Part shown: positions 63,316 to 64,000 of the stretch, piece by piece
How the letters are laid out: every line of letters begins with the position of its first letter
Numbering within the stretch: position 1 is the stretch's first letter
From: the human T2T-CHM13v2.0 reference genome, Homo sapiens
Direction: 5' to 3' (one strand)
Length of the DNA stretch: 64,000 nt
Assembly (NCBI RefSeq): GCF_009914755.1
Contig: NC_060931.1
Translations under genes and position numbers: made by a program
Notes under the pieces: generated by a model
What the model saw: the letters and a program-made list of their open reading frames with translations, nothing else
What the model was told of the DNA's origin: nothing
Databases searched by the model: none

Positions 63316-63832
63316 TTAGGTCGGAGCAAAGGTAATTGCAGTTTTCACCATTACTTTTCAAGTATTCCATGTGCCCCACTTTACATTCCCTTATTTTATC
63401 TTTTGTCTGATTTGCCATGGTAGAAATTGACAGTACCTTAAGTCAGGTGCAGTACATGGCTTACTACTTTTTTATTTTTTATTTTTATTTTTATTTTTTG
63501 AGACAGAGTCTTGCTCTGTCACCCAGGCTGGAGTACGGTGGTGTGATCTCCACTCACTGCAACCTCCGCCTCCTGGGTTCAAGTGATTCTCCTGCCTCAG
63601 TCTCCTGAGTAGTTGGGATTACAGGTGCATGCCACCACTCCTGGATAATTTTTTGTATTTTTAGTAGAGATGGAGTTTCCCCATGTTGGCCAGGTTGGTC
63701 TCGAACTCCTGAACTCATGACCCACCTGCCTCAACCTCCCAAAGTGCTGGGATTACAGATGAGAGCCACTGCACCTGGCTCAGGTTACTATTTTTAATGG
63801 CAAAAACAGTAATTACTTTTGCACCTACGTAA
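63316..63832. mobile_element. MADE1 (Hsmar1 MITE) with filler DNA and an Alu between its arms
   Basis: Left arm ttaggtcggagcaaaggtaattgcagttttcaccattactttt; right arm tttaatggcaaaaacagtaattacttttgcacctacgtaa followed by TA. Confidence 0.82.
63466..63780 (-). mobile_element. AluS
   Basis: Full antisense dimer; TSD ~ttacta.tttt. Confidence 0.92.
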
Positions 63833-64000
63833 TATTTTTTGGAGTTGTGACAAAGAGTGCATGACCATGGGATCCACTGCTTCTATCATAAATGATACAG
63901 CCCTAAAGCAGCCACTCTAATACAATACATAAATGATCTGTTAAAGTCTTGGTGAAGGTGCAGCTCAAGGGAAAAAAATCCTGTTGGGTTGGAGACTTGT

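Overview
Catarrhine primate (most likely human) non-coding DNA, intronic or intergenic, with no supportable protein-coding exon or RNA gene. The supplied ORFs are explained by Alus, microsatellites, low-complexity tracts, LTRs or a VNTR. The window holds roughly 55-60 Alu copies or fragments, several L1 remnants, many solo LTRs (five THE1, MST, MLT1, three MLT2, LOR1a-, LTR8-, LTR9- and LTR10-like), a decayed ERVL provirus at the right end with readable RT and integrase motifs, and DNA-transposon fossils. The standout element is a ~2.9 kb SVA2-type retroposon at 40082-43020. It consists of ~70 SVA-VNTR units of ~39 bp with higher-order structure, followed by the SVA2 unique 3' tail, and lacks the hexamer, Alu-like and SINE-R domains. 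Other notable structures are a mosaic of direct and inverted templated repeats forming a hairpin (19589-19818), a 112-bp HERV-K LTR5 mini-LTR that keeps both termini and its TSD, a ~110-bp inverted duplication, a THE1 copy carrying the CCTCCCT hotspot 7-mer, and three repeat-free candidate enhancers. I found no convincing new gene system. Subfamily names are from recall of consensus sequences and boundaries are approximate unless a TSD is given.
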